A DNA stretch of 64,000 bases from positions 1 to 64,000 of IMG/VR virus record IMGVR_UViG_3300044742_000232; one strand, 5' to 3'. This document shows, piece by piece, positions 9,156 to 18,503 of this stretch; positions within the stretch are counted from its first letter, which is position 1; each line of letters starts with the position of its first letter. The translations under genes were made by a program, and so were the position numbers. A model generated the notes under the pieces. The model made no database searches, had not been told where the DNA came from, and saw only the letters and a program-made list of their open reading frames with translations. Source of the DNA: a virus.

Positions 9156-10161
9156 TATTTTTCCTTTCTAGTGAATATTTGTTTTTAATCCAGGTAGCGA
9201 AATCAGTGTGTTCTAGCACTGTGTTCCAAAATTCGTCATTATTTACAATGTCAGCACGTTTATGTTTCTTGCTGGTGCTGTCACCCCTGAGTATCAAAGA
9301 GTGACCAGCCTTCTCAACATAACCAGCCTCAATAGCCAAGTCTAGCATACCTGACCACTTTTGTATACCACCATCATGCATAACAGTGATGGGAATGACA
9401 GATTTTTCTTTGACGTATCTAGACTTCTCAACGTTGATAATAAAGTGATAACCGATAACGTCTTTCTCTTCCTTCTCTTGACGGCGGCCGAGCATCCAAA
9501 TGTTATCTGAGCTATAGATTGATCCTGTGCCACCACCAACCACTTGTTTTGAAAACATCTCCAGTGTTTGATAGCTATGATTGACAACAATACAAGGCAA
9601 ATCTTTCATTGGAAAGTAGGGCTGAACCATTCGGAAAAACGATTTGAGAGCCTTCGCGCGGGCGCCAACATCAGCAACACTTTTGCCAGCAATTGCGTCA
9701 TCTAGTTCTTTTTTGGAAGCCAGACTACCAACCGAGTCAATAACAACTACAACTTTATCACCACGCTCAATCTTTTCCAATTGTCCGACCGCATCAATTT
9801 TCAACTTTTCAACGTTTACAAGAGGTGAATGCACTACTCTATCAGTTGCAATGTCAAACATCTCAAAGTAAGAAGGCGGCGTTCCAAACTCTGAATCATA
9901 AAAGAGCATTACACTGTCTGGATGTTTTTTTAGATAAGCAGACGCCAATAGCAAAGCAAACATAGACTTGAAGTGTTTGCTTGGTCCGCAGAGTTGAGTG
10001 ATTCCAGGCATCAAACCGCCTGTGATACTACCCGCGAGTGCAACATTGACCATGGGATAATCGGTTTGCACCATATCCCGTTCTTCATAAAACTTACTTT
10101 CGCCTAATATTGCAGTCTCTTCAATCGTTGAGTTTTGTAATAGTTTTTCTCTGAGCTTCAT
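9148..10161 (-). CDS. uvsX: RecA-like recombinase UvsX
   Basis: GPSKHFKS, FYDSEFG, IDSVGSLASKKE, GGGTG..YSSD, KSRYVKEK. Confidence 0.97.
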   Translation of the reverse strand: MKLREKLLQNSTIEETAILGESKFYEERDMVQTDYPMVNVALAGSITGGLMPGITQLCGPSKHFKSMFALLLASAYLKKHPDSVMLFYDSEFGTPPSYFEMFDIATDRVVHSPLVNVEKLKIDAVGQLEKIERGDKVVVVIDSVGSLASKKELDDAIAGKSVADVGARAKALKSFFRMVQPYFPMKDLPCIVVNHSYQTLEMFSKQVVGGGTGSIYSSDNIWMLGRRQEKEEKDVIGYHFIINVEKSRYVKEKSVIPITVMHDGGIQKWSGMLDLAIEAGYVEKAGHSLILRGDSTSKKHKRADIVNNDEFWNTVLEHTDFATWIKNKYSLERKNNG

Positions 10162-10232
10162 ATTCCTCGTTTCTTCTCTCTTTCTTTCTTATCATTTTTT
10201 CTTTATGTTTTTTGTATTGATTTATTTTCTTT

Positions 10233-10415
10233 TCAGTTACTTTTCTGTTCCATGTCATTTTCTTTAACTTCCATTATTCCATCATCATTCATTGTCCATT
10301 TAAATTTAGGAAATGCTTCATTGCATTGATCTACAAGTTCACTAACACATACTGAACAACCACCATCTGCACAAGCAATAATGGACCCAACTATTTTTGC
10401 TTCTTCAAGTGTCAT
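10233..10415 (-). CDS. small hypothetical protein (ADGGCSVC)
   Basis: CxxC motif; in the gene run. Confidence 0.5.
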   Translation of the reverse strand: MTLEEAKIVGSIIACADGGCSVCVSELVDQCNEAFPKFKWTMNDDGIMEVKENDMEQKSN

Positions 10416-10565
10416 TTATTCATTATCCATGTTCTAACTTTATCTGCTTCGGCAACACTTTCAAAAATTATATCCCAGGTGTTACCATATCCTGGACCAA
10501 CAGTTATCATATAATGAATATTGTAAATATGACAATATTCTCTGATACTATCCATCAAATAAAAG

Positions 10566-11066
10566 CTATTTACTGACACTATTGTTTGGAGCTTTTCCAC
10601 TGGCAATTTCCTTTTTAGCGTCTGACATACAACGATAAATATTCGCGCAACGACTACGACCAGAAGGATGAGAGGATGTTTCAGGACCAGCAAAAGACAG
10701 GCAAATTGCTTCTATGTCTGTTTCCTTGAGCCAACCATTCCTCACACCATGCTTAGCCGCATAACAATCAGCTGCATGTTCACTTGAACCTACGAAGCCA
10801 TGACCACATTCATGAAAGAAAACAAACTTCCGAACGATTGGTTTTTCACGCTTCAAAACATAAGGGTCTAGAACAACAGCACCAGGGACATAAGCACCCG
10901 GAGAGTTGTTTGGAAGCCTGCGATAAATGATATTATGTTGTGGGCACTTAGCAACAAAATCACCAAACTTGTGTGTATCCGCAGCATCAACCGGACGAAT
11001 AGCAAGCATTAGAATAAGAACAAGAATAATAATAAGAATCACTAAAAAACCTAGTTTTCTATTCAT
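10566..11066 (-). CDS. Secreted or membrane-anchored HExxH metallopeptidase-like protein
   Basis: N-terminal hydrophobic signal, FFHECGH, E..ADC. Confidence 0.65.
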   Translation of the reverse strand: MNRKLGFLVILIIILVLILMLAIRPVDAADTHKFGDFVAKCPQHNIIYRRLPNNSPGAYVPGAVVLDPYVLKREKPIVRKFVFFHECGHGFVGSSEHAADCYAAKHGVRNGWLKETDIEAICLSFAGPETSSHPSGRSRCANIYRCMSDAKKEIASGKAPNNSVSK

Positions 11067-11070
11067 TTTT

Positions 11071-12084
11071 TTACTCCACGTCTATACTGTCTTCGTTTCT
11101 TGAGCGGAAGTAAGATCGGATTTGGTCGCGCAGTTTTATTGATCGCGCGCCATGATGGACATTGAGTCTGTAAAGACCCTGAGGATCGCGTGATATGTCT
11201 ACATTGGGGTCATACTGATTGTCCACAAGAATTTTCCACCGATCTACATATTTTCTATCTTTTTTATTACCATGCCAGTGATGTGTAATAAGTCCAGGAA
11301 CATAACCGATATTTCTACGCAGTCTTTGTTCAGCTATTTCCTGCCAGTTCATAAGATGTTCGCGATAACTATTTGTTACCCAAGCTGGAATAGACCTATG
11401 CACTTGACCAATCAAAGCCATTGCCATATGGTGATCAGCAGAGCCTAGAATTGCTTTATCAAAAAGATTGATCTTCTCTAAGGCTGTTCGGCGCGCCGCC
11501 CAAGCATAACCACAGTGCCAGAACCCGCTTCCTTTTGCTCCACTCATTACACCTCCATAATAATCTCTATTATCGCCCTTGAACTTTGGAGTGTAACCTG
11601 GACCTACTGGCGGACCATAATCATTCTGAAAATAAGACCAGACGAAACCGTTTTGTTGTTGGATAGGCTCATATCTTGGTCCTAAGTCAACAACATGAGA
11701 AAACATTTGAACAATATCATAATGTTGAAGTTGATGAACTGTTTCCATAATAATATCTTGTCTTTGGAAATGAACATCAGCATCACACCAACCAACATAC
11801 TTCCAATCTTTATCCAACTGACAAAGGTATTGAATGCCAAGGTTGATCAGATTCTCTTTATGCCATAACTCTTGATCGGTTCTAAATTGCAGATGCATCG
11901 GATTGCCAGCTTGAGTCAAATGAAATGGTCTGTCACCATAAGCACATTCAACAACTAGCAACTGAGCCCCGACATCCTGCATGTGTCGCGCAAATTCTTG
12001 AAACAAACGTGCGCGAGTATGATATCTAACTGGATTAGAGCAAACAGCGATTATGTAAAACTTTTCAGTAGGAACAGTGAACAC
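11071..12084 (-). CDS. GT-A fold glycosyltransferase-like protein
   Basis: WHKENLINLG, WCDADVHF (DxD), GSAD, HHWHG. Confidence 0.7.
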   Translation of the reverse strand: MFTVPTEKFYIIAVCSNPVRYHTRARLFQEFARHMQDVGAQLLVVECAYGDRPFHLTQAGNPMHLQFRTDQELWHKENLINLGIQYLCQLDKDWKYVGWCDADVHFQRQDIIMETVHQLQHYDIVQMFSHVVDLGPRYEPIQQQNGFVWSYFQNDYGPPVGPGYTPKFKGDNRDYYGGVMSGAKGSGFWHCGYAWAARRTALEKINLFDKAILGSADHHMAMALIGQVHRSIPAWVTNSYREHLMNWQEIAEQRLRRNIGYVPGLITHHWHGNKKDRKYVDRWKILVDNQYDPNVDISRDPQGLYRLNVHHGARSIKLRDQIRSYFRSRNEDSIDVE

Positions 12085-12099
12085 TAATTATATATCCTC

Positions 12100-14583
12100 T
12101 TACTCAAAAAATCCTTCTAAGGTTGAGTTATCGCTTACATTCCAGCCTATGGCATCCAAAATTGATGTAATGGGGTTCAAAAATGTCTTCTCAAACATCA
12201 GATCATAGTCTATAAACTTGTCCAAATTTAGCTCTTTTGGTAAATGCCTTGGCGCAGCAATTACAGGTGATAACGACGGATTTGGTGTTTTTAGATAGAT
12301 GAACTTTATTTTATCACGATCATAAATCAGACTATATTTGTTCGTCAATCCGTTTTTTGACACCAGATTATTGTAAATTATTGAAGCTTTTGTATGTATC
12401 GGCGTGTGTTTTTTATAGAGTGTCACGCCATCTTTGTATTTAGTTATCCCATTGACACCACGAGGGAAAGCAATCTCATCAAACGTGCTTTTTTTGAACT
12501 CCTCACGATATTCTGCAATGAACTGCTTTATGTCAGCTTCCGTGCCATTAAAGATCAGTTTGATAGCTTTTTTCATGGCATCTCGGGACTTCTGGGGGAT
12601 AACAGAACGCACGACTTCAATCCCAACGTGCTTTATTTCCGCTTCCTTATAACGTATACCTTCTAAGTCCCAGACGTTGAGAATATATCGCTTCTTTGTC
12701 GTCCAAATTGCTTTGTCAATGATGGATTCGCGCTTCATCTTCAGACAATTTTCATAGGCATTCATTCTGCCAGAAAACTCTTGGAATCCTTTCTTGATCA
12801 CTGGCTGAAAAACTGTCTCAGCATCGCGGGCCAAGATATCAATCGTCTCGGCATGAGTAGCATTAGGATAGAGCTTCTGAACGTAATCCTTGAGTGTAAT
12901 ATAGCATGAATCTGTATCCATTGCAATAACATAATCAACGTTCGCTGTATTCAACAGACCATTAAGAAAAACGTTAAATTCCCTCTCAATCCAACGAATC
13001 GCTCGCTGCCCACTCATGGTGATGGCAGAAGAAAGCCGCCAATCATACCAACGAAAGTATTGGTTAGCGAGTCCTCCATAAAGAGAATTTAGCTGAATTT
13101 TCTTGGCTTGCTGGAAGTTCCAATATTTCTGTATCTCTTTCTCATCAGCCTTTACAGCCTTCAACTCCAGCATTTTTTTCTTATATTGCGCGCGAAGCTT
13201 GAACTGTCTTTGCATTAGTTCAGGAAGAAACCCATGCACATCTTTTCTAAACCTAGCACCATTACTACATTGCGTATAGCTCTGATTTACATAAATCGTG
13301 CCATTACAAATCCCTTCATAAAAAGATTCTGACATCTCCTTATGATCAATGAACGTTTCAGGAGAGATGTTTCCCCACATGATAAGATGAGGGTAAAGAC
13401 TTTCCAAATCAAATGAAACAACCCACTCATACAAACCTTTCTCCGGTTGTTTCACAAACGCACCAGGAATGCCCATAGGTTCAGTGCGCATACTGCTCGG
13501 AATAACAATGTTCTTATCCAACAAATAGTTATGAATAATCACATCCCAAAGCAGCACAGAAGTCAGAGAATCAATATAATTAACCTTAGCATCATAAGCA
13601 ATCGTATAACAAAGCTCTAAATATTTGTTCTTTTGATCAATATCAGCAACACGATCAATATCTGTTATGTTATAATCAACAAATTTCTCATAGTTCTTTT
13701 CACACAACTCATCTAACGAAGCATACTCAGAAAAATCTAGCTTTCTTTTACCAGTTTCATGAAAAGCAACATTATCCAGACTATAAGATTCTAGTTTGTA
13801 AGGTTTGAACTTGATATACAAATCATAGTAGTCAAGAATTGCGACACCGACAGGAATATAAATTTGTTGCTCTCGACCTTTGATTTCGATCCGTTTTTCT
13901 CTCAAAAGACCCCAAGGAGAAAGACGTTGCGCCGCCGCATCTCCAAACAAAAGACGTATGCGATTGACAATGAAAGGAATATCATACTTCTCTACTGCCC
14001 ATCCTGTCACTACATCAGGCCGAAACTCATCATTCGCCCAGAAGCTAATGAACTTGGCCAGCATATCCTTTTCGTCTTTGCACTTGATATACATCACGTT
14101 CTTAGTTTTTGGTGTATATTCTCCCTTCCAACCAAAAACTAGACGCTGATTTTTTAGACCGATACCAATCAAAGTAATAGGTCCATTCGCCTTTTCTACT
14201 TCGGCAAATGAACCATCATCAGCTTTACCAGTTTCAATATCAAGATTATGCACCATAATCTTGTCTGGATCATATTCTATATCTTTGAAATTATCGTTTA
14301 TGTAGGTATAAACAAACCTCTCCAGCCCGAATAGCTTGAAGTTTGGAACCTCGGAATACTTTTTATAAAACTCTCTAGCTTTATAGATGCTGTCAAATTG
14401 TTTTTTCTTAACAAACTTCCCATGAACAGTCTTATAGGCCGACTTTAGATCGGTTGGCCCATAAGTGAAAAGATAAGGTTTATAAGGAACCTCTTGCTTA
14501 TAGCGCTTCCCATTAAGATACCCGTTGACAAGAATTTTGTTCTTATGGATAGCAACATTCGTATAGAAATCAGACATTTTCAA
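12100..14583 (-). CDS. 43: Family B DNA polymerase gp43
   Basis: Exonuclease DIET; polymerase SFDLESLYPH, KKIQLNSLYG, MDTDS, KKRY; C-terminal clamp-binding LEGFF. Confidence 0.98.
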   Translation of the reverse strand: MKMSDFYTNVAIHKNKILVNGYLNGKRYKQEVPYKPYLFTYGPTDLKSAYKTVHGKFVKKKQFDSIYKAREFYKKYSEVPNFKLFGLERFVYTYINDNFKDIEYDPDKIMVHNLDIETGKADDGSFAEVEKANGPITLIGIGLKNQRLVFGWKGEYTPKTKNVMYIKCKDEKDMLAKFISFWANDEFRPDVVTGWAVEKYDIPFIVNRIRLLFGDAAAQRLSPWGLLREKRIEIKGREQQIYIPVGVAILDYYDLYIKFKPYKLESYSLDNVAFHETGKRKLDFSEYASLDELCEKNYEKFVDYNITDIDRVADIDQKNKYLELCYTIAYDAKVNYIDSLTSVLLWDVIIHNYLLDKNIVIPSSMRTEPMGIPGAFVKQPEKGLYEWVVSFDLESLYPHLIMWGNISPETFIDHKEMSESFYEGICNGTIYVNQSYTQCSNGARFRKDVHGFLPELMQRQFKLRAQYKKKMLELKAVKADEKEIQKYWNFQQAKKIQLNSLYGGLANQYFRWYDWRLSSAITMSGQRAIRWIEREFNVFLNGLLNTANVDYVIAMDTDSCYITLKDYVQKLYPNATHAETIDILARDAETVFQPVIKKGFQEFSGRMNAYENCLKMKRESIIDKAIWTTKKRYILNVWDLEGIRYKEAEIKHVGIEVVRSVIPQKSRDAMKKAIKLIFNGTEADIKQFIAEYREEFKKSTFDEIAFPRGVNGITKYKDGVTLYKKHTPIHTKASIIYNNLVSKNGLTNKYSLIYDRDKIKFIYLKTPNPSLSPVIAAPRHLPKELNLDKFIDYDLMFEKTFLNPITSILDAIGWNVSDNSTLEGFFE

Positions 14584-15016
14584 AATTTGGGGCTGCCAAC
14601 TCTTTTGTCATTAATATCCAATCGCCATGAAATCCAACCGGGAGAAATCCACGTTTCTGAAAAAGTTCATTCTCTTTCGTCATCAACATAACGAAAGTTC
14701 CCCCTAATTTCTTAATTTCTTCCAAACGTTTTTCTGTGAGAAGACGTGCAATACCTTTATTTCTTTCCTCCTTGTCAACAACGCATCCATTTAGCTCATA
14801 AACGCCATGCAAAATGTGGCTCTGTATAAAGCCAGCAAATCCAATGACAAACTTCATTTTATCTACTGCCACATAATATTCTGGCTTCCAAGAAGAGTTG
14901 TCAAATGTCGTGTTTACTTCAGCGAAGATTCTATCTGCTACGTCCGTGCCCCATTCATTATAGAGCAAACGATAGATATCAGGAGTATCAATGATCTGTG
15001 CTTTTCGGATGATCAT
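14570..15016 (-). CDS. GNAT acetyltransferase
   Basis: VVDKEERNKGIARLL motif A, FQKRGF. Confidence 0.85.
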   Translation of the reverse strand: MIIRKAQIIDTPDIYRLLYNEWGTDVADRIFAEVNTTFDNSSWKPEYYVAVDKMKFVIGFAGFIQSHILHGVYELNGCVVDKEERNKGIARLLTEKRLEEIKKLGGTFVMLMTKENELFQKRGFLPVGFHGDWILMTKELAAPNFENV

Positions 15017-15654
15017 GTTTTCACTCCATTCTTAATGACTTTACTTGCAAACCAATGTTTTTGTTGGTCACTGACATGGTTTGACCGCACCCACTTAGCA
15101 CAATGACAGTGGAAGGTGTCAAGATAAATTTCGTCTGTCCTACGAACAACAAAGCCTTCCTGAGTCTTTAGATTTAGCTTAGCTGCAACTGACGTTAGAG
15201 CCTCAAAAGAAAAAGGGCCGCGATAAAGAACAGGAACAAGGGCAAATTCATGCTCTGTGCAATATTTTACTGTGTCATCCCAAGAAAAACACTCATTTTC
15301 TTTCCAGACAGAATGGACATAAAAATAGGACACCAAATCCTTGTAATGGATTGTGTGTTGAGCATACATATTTTCTCCGCAAACACGGATATCTTTTTCA
15401 ATCACTGATCTTTTCTTTGCCCAAAAAGCTGCCATCCAATCGCGGGATTCGTGCTTTCTGATGCCATTGATAGAACGAGCGTGCCAGTGATCACTATAGA
15501 GTGTCGTGTTCTCTCCATCCATTTTTTCAGTGCAAACAATTTCTTCTGAACGAAGATTATCAATGTCTATGAGTTTTTCATCATCATAGGCATAACCTGG
15601 AGAAAAGGGGAGATGTGGAGTTCTGGGATATTTCACACTGCTCATGTTTATCAT
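15013..15654 (-). CDS. ATP-dependent RNA ligase family protein
   Basis: KYPRTPHLPFSPG, adenylation motif TEKMDGEN, GEN, EGFVVR, AKWVR. Confidence 0.85.
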   Translation of the reverse strand: MINMSSVKYPRTPHLPFSPGYAYDDEKLIDIDNLRSEEIVCTEKMDGENTTLYSDHWHARSINGIRKHESRDWMAAFWAKKRSVIEKDIRVCGENMYAQHTIHYKDLVSYFYVHSVWKENECFSWDDTVKYCTEHEFALVPVLYRGPFSFEALTSVAAKLNLKTQEGFVVRRTDEIYLDTFHCHCAKWVRSNHVSDQQKHWFASKVIKNGVKT

Positions 15655-16016
15655 ATCCTATTTAGGTCTAGATCACAAAGGAATTTAGCAGATTTCCAGT
15701 GAAATGCAAGGTGTTTATCGCCGCGATAGACTTCATTTCTGGGCACAATGTAAACAGAAACAAAGAACCCAAATTCATAGTCCATATAACGACGTGCATC
15801 ATCTGAGAACCATCTTTTGAGTTGTTTTATTGAATGAAACCCATAGTAAAACTCATTTGGATTTTTACCATCGGCTCTAATTTTTTGTTTTATTGTATAT
15901 GGTCCTGGACATCTTTTAGCATCATTTCTGTGTGGACCTGGACCGGCATGATATGGTCCTAATTTCTTTTGATTTTCTACTCGGTAAATTTTTGTGTATT
16001 TTCTACCATGAGTCAT
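15651..16016 (-). CDS. hypothetical phage protein
   Basis: IYRVE..GPY...YGF.S..QLKRWF; overlaps neighbours. Confidence 0.6.
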   Translation of the reverse strand: MTHGRKYTKIYRVENQKKLGPYHAGPGPHRNDAKRCPGPYTIKQKIRADGKNPNEFYYGFHSIKQLKRWFSDDARRYMDYEFGFFVSVYIVPRNEVYRGDKHLAFHWKSAKFLCDLDLNRI

Positions 16017-16224
16017 AATCGGTTATGTCTTTGAATACACCGTGGGGTTGATCTTCATTTCTTATTGAAACAACTGCGACTTGACCGATGACACTATCTC
16101 TAGAGAGATCGATTCTAATGCGCATCATTTTAGCATTGAATTTAGGAGGTTTGTTTTCCTGGACAAAGGCCCAAAGAGCACAAACCTCCTTATAATTCAA
16201 AACAATTTCAGAAACTTTAGACAC
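16003..16224 (-). CDS. hypothetical protein
   Basis: Immediately follows the DUF2828 gene. Confidence 0.55.
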   Translation of the reverse strand: MSKVSEIVLNYKEVCALWAFVQENKPPKFNAKMMRIRIDLSRDSVIGQVAVVSIRNEDQPHGVFKDITDYDSW

Positions 16225-16226
16225 AT

Positions 16227-17651
16227 TTATTCCAAATTGTATCTATCAACCAGCAAAGTTTTTAGCATGATCTGATAGGGACTAAAAGCTTCCATATCAG
16301 CTGCCAGAACGGATTTCAGAATAGAAGGTGAAAATCCGCTCACTAGGGCTGTGCCATTAGCATCAAACTTCACCGGAACGTTGTCATAAGAATTGATGTT
16401 CCAGAAAGTTACTTTTGGCATTTTGTAACCAGCCTCGGTATATTTGCGATCAATCATCTCAATCGCAGAGTCATCATGCCGCACACAATGATCAAATTGC
16501 ATGTCCGACAGGATTAGAAGCATCTCAGGCATTTCTTCCTGAGGCACACGACCTTGAACAGCAGTTTGGAGAATCTTATCCAAAGCCGCATGTAGATTGG
16601 TGTTCATCTCCCATTTGGACTTCACCATCTGATCAATCTTCTGGAGGATATTACCCTTCAGATTGAGCAACTGAGGAACAGCAGAGAAAGTCAAGAACGT
16701 ATCCTTGAACTTACCCTTGTTCTTATCAGCGCAATAAAGACCAAGTGAAACCGCAACCTCAATAGCCGTAAGGCCAGACTTGCTCACTGGCGAAGTCATA
16801 GAGCCTGAAACGTCCACAAGAGGAAGAACGCTGACATCACCCATATAGTTGGGCAGTGCTTCCCATTGAGCCTGGATTAGGTTGTTCTCGGTTGAACCAT
16901 ACATAACTCCATAGGGAGAAATCTTACCCTTCAGAACGTCATAGGGATAAACAGCACCCGAATTGACTTTGACACCAACAGCGCGCTCTTCCTGTGGCTT
17001 CATTAGCTCCGCTACATACTCCGCATACTTTGGAGTATGACGAAAGAATGCTTTTTTGTAACGTGCCGCAGCAACAGAAGGCACATGAGAGAAATTGATA
17101 TTATCCCAATCTTTTGCGCACATCTGAGTTTCAACCACGCGCGTTAGCTCAACTAGAAGCTTGCGGTAGTATTTTGGGCTCACGCCAAGAAACTGCCGTA
17201 GCTCTTCCGCGTTGGGGCCTTTGCGGGGCATCCACTTGGCGCACAGACCGTTGCCACTAGCTAGAGCCTCCGACATGAGCGCAAAGGCTGCTTGGCGCAC
17301 CTCGGACGTTTCCAGGGCGAACAGATCGTCCCAGCGGCCAAGCTCTGGAGTCTTGGGAATGAGCTTTAGAACAGCGTCCCGGTCATTCTTCTCAAGGTAT
17401 TTGAGCAGATCACGGAATATCTGACGCTCACCGGCACCGCCACGGATATCACGCACCCATTGCGCAATTCTCAAAGCAATGTCGCGATCTTCAGCCATCG
17501 CAGCAGCAAAGGCCGGAACCACGTCTTTGCCCCTGGAAGCACCAATCTTGAAGAAAAGATCAACACAAGGATTTGCAGTAGATTTACGCGCCTTCATAAA
17601 GTTTTCAGTGCGCGCCTCTTGATTCAATACAGCATTCACAAACGTAGTCAT
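16227..17651 (-). CDS. DUF2828/TROVE(Ro60)-like helical-repeat plus vWA protein
   Basis: RDIRGGAGER, GRWDDL, AKWMPR, C-terminal MIDAS DVSGSM, LSDMQFD, FWN, VSGFSP. Start set at MTTF behind a GAAAGGA RBS. Confidence 0.85.
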   Translation of the reverse strand: MTTFVNAVLNQEARTENFMKARKSTANPCVDLFFKIGASRGKDVVPAFAAAMAEDRDIALRIAQWVRDIRGGAGERQIFRDLLKYLEKNDRDAVLKLIPKTPELGRWDDLFALETSEVRQAAFALMSEALASGNGLCAKWMPRKGPNAEELRQFLGVSPKYYRKLLVELTRVVETQMCAKDWDNINFSHVPSVAAARYKKAFFRHTPKYAEYVAELMKPQEERAVGVKVNSGAVYPYDVLKGKISPYGVMYGSTENNLIQAQWEALPNYMGDVSVLPLVDVSGSMTSPVSKSGLTAIEVAVSLGLYCADKNKGKFKDTFLTFSAVPQLLNLKGNILQKIDQMVKSKWEMNTNLHAALDKILQTAVQGRVPQEEMPEMLLILSDMQFDHCVRHDDSAIEMIDRKYTEAGYKMPKVTFWNINSYDNVPVKFDANGTALVSGFSPSILKSVLAADMEAFSPYQIMLKTLLVDRYNLE

Positions 17652-17678
17652 TGTCAGTATCCTTTCGTTTTTATACAC

Positions 17679-17794
17679 ACAGAATGAAAAAATTCAAGGT
17701 TGTATTTTTATATACCCCTTGTTTGTGGAATTGAACCACTAATCTCCCGGTTAGGGAAGATATTTACCATTTTTGTTTTGCGGAACTCATTCTA
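17679..17794 (-). ncRNA. Array unit 7: structured RNA with tRNA-like T-arm
   Basis: Stem AGAATGAG/TTCATTCT, TTCCGCAA motif, internal TGGTA and GTGG-TTCAATT-CCAC. Confidence 0.7.
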
Positions 17795-17801
17795 AAATCT
17801 T

Positions 17802-17874
17802 ACAGTATCACATCTTACTACCGATTTCAAGTCAGTTGTCTTGTTAAGACTTTTATGTTGCGGAAGTGATACTA
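17802..17874 (-). ncRNA. Array unit 6: structured RNA with Ser(UGA)-like anticodon stem-loop
   Basis: Stem AGTATCAC/GTGATACT, TTCCGCAA, ACTGA-CTTGAAA-TCGGT. Confidence 0.75.
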
Positions 17875-17883
17875 AAAAATAAC

Positions 17884-17976
17884 ACTGGTTGCCGGCGACT
17901 TTACGCTATCTTTCATCAGTTTGAATGGCACCCGAAGGCACCTTTGATTTGGTTTTGGTTTGCAGAAGGCAGCCAT
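17884..17976 (-). ncRNA. Array unit 5: structured RNA with cUUCGg hairpin
   Basis: Stem TGGCTGCC/GGCAACCA (with one C-A mismatch on this strand), TTCTGCAA, GGTGCC-TTCG-GGTGCC. Confidence 0.65.
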
Positions 17977-17988
17977 AAACTTTTAGAA

Positions 17989-18159
17989 ACAGATTGTCTT
18001 TTTTTACTTGCGGTCGGCGCATTGCTCCTTTTTACGGGAACCGCTCGCCCCACCCTTTCACCATCACCTGTGAAAGCGTCATCAAAATACTCCGTGAAGA
18101 GGTCTTCTACCTTAGGACCGTTATTTTTCAAAAACTTTTTAGTTGCTGAAAACAATCTA
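17989..18159 (-). ncRNA. Array unit 4: structured RNA with long multi-hairpin insert
   Basis: Stem AGATTGTT/GACAATCT, TTCAGCAA, internal CTTTCAC/GTGAAAG and GCGGT/ACCGC stems. Confidence 0.7.
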
Positions 18160-18172
18160 AAAAAGGTATATA

Positions 18173-18268
18173 TCAGCATCATATAAGTTGCCGATTTGAA
18201 CGGCTCCTTCTGATTAAAAGTCAGATGCTCTACCATTGAGCTAGTTTTTGTTTGCGGAAATGATGCTA
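18173..18268 (-). ncRNA. Array unit 3: structured RNA with tRNA-Lys(UUU)-like D, anticodon and T arms but no acceptor stem or CCA
   Basis: Stem AGCATCAT/ATGATGCT, TTCCGCAA, GCTC-AATGGTA-GAGC, TCTGA-CTTTTAA-TCAGA, GCCG-TTCAAAT-CGGC. Confidence 0.8.
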
Positions 18269-18273
18269 AATTC

Positions 18274-18281
18274 TATTTATA
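18274..18281 (-). promoter_or_regulatory. Possible late promoter TATAAATA inside the RNA array
   Basis: Exact T4 late consensus 5 nt upstream of unit 3. Confidence 0.45.
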
Positions 18282-18284
18282 TCA

Positions 18285-18343
18285 ACTGGATAACTTTTTT
18301 GCTAATGTTCGCAGCATTATTTTTGGTTGCTGAAATTATCCAA
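18285..18343 (-). ncRNA. Array unit 2: structured RNA with Arg(GCG)-like anticodon stem-loop
   Basis: Stem TGGATAAT/GTTATCCA, TTCAGCAA, TAATG-CTGCGAA-CATTA. Confidence 0.75.
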
Positions 18344-18348
18344 AATTC

Positions 18349-18407
18349 ACTGGTTGGGGTTTTACTATTATTACCAAATAATATTTTGTGCTGCTGTAGC
18401 CAACCAA
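18349..18407 (-). ncRNA. Array unit 1: structured RNA with imperfect anticodon-like hairpin
   Basis: Stem TGGTTGG/CCAACCA, TACAGCAG, TATTA-TTTGGTAA-TAATA. Confidence 0.65.
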
Positions 18408-18503
18408 GCTCTCATAATCTAACTTCTATATCGTTGTTTGTTACTCCAATAAGGAAATCAATTTAGATTGGCTTGATGACAAGTGAAGAACCAATCTGAC
18501 AAT

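Noticed and set aside
6853-14583. Inteins or introns in genes 41, uvsX and 43
   Set aside because: The ORFs are continuous and of normal length, with no intein motifs.
17895-17945. Hammerhead ribozyme suggested by CTGATGA in unit 5
   Set aside because: No stem II followed by GAAA and no matching stems I and III.
18186-18244. Functional tRNA-Lys(UUU)
   Set aside because: D, anticodon and T arms are present, but there is no 7 bp acceptor stem or CCA. It is embedded in an array unit, so it is reported as a mimic.
17679-18407. CRISPR array interpretation of the repeated units
   Set aside because: No identical direct repeats, unit lengths vary about threefold, conservation is structural, and no cas genes are in the window.
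17866-18466. ORFs 17866-18186(+), 17916-18236(-) and 18248-18466(+)
   Set aside because: No RBS or recognisable motifs, and they overlie the structured RNA array; likely spurious.
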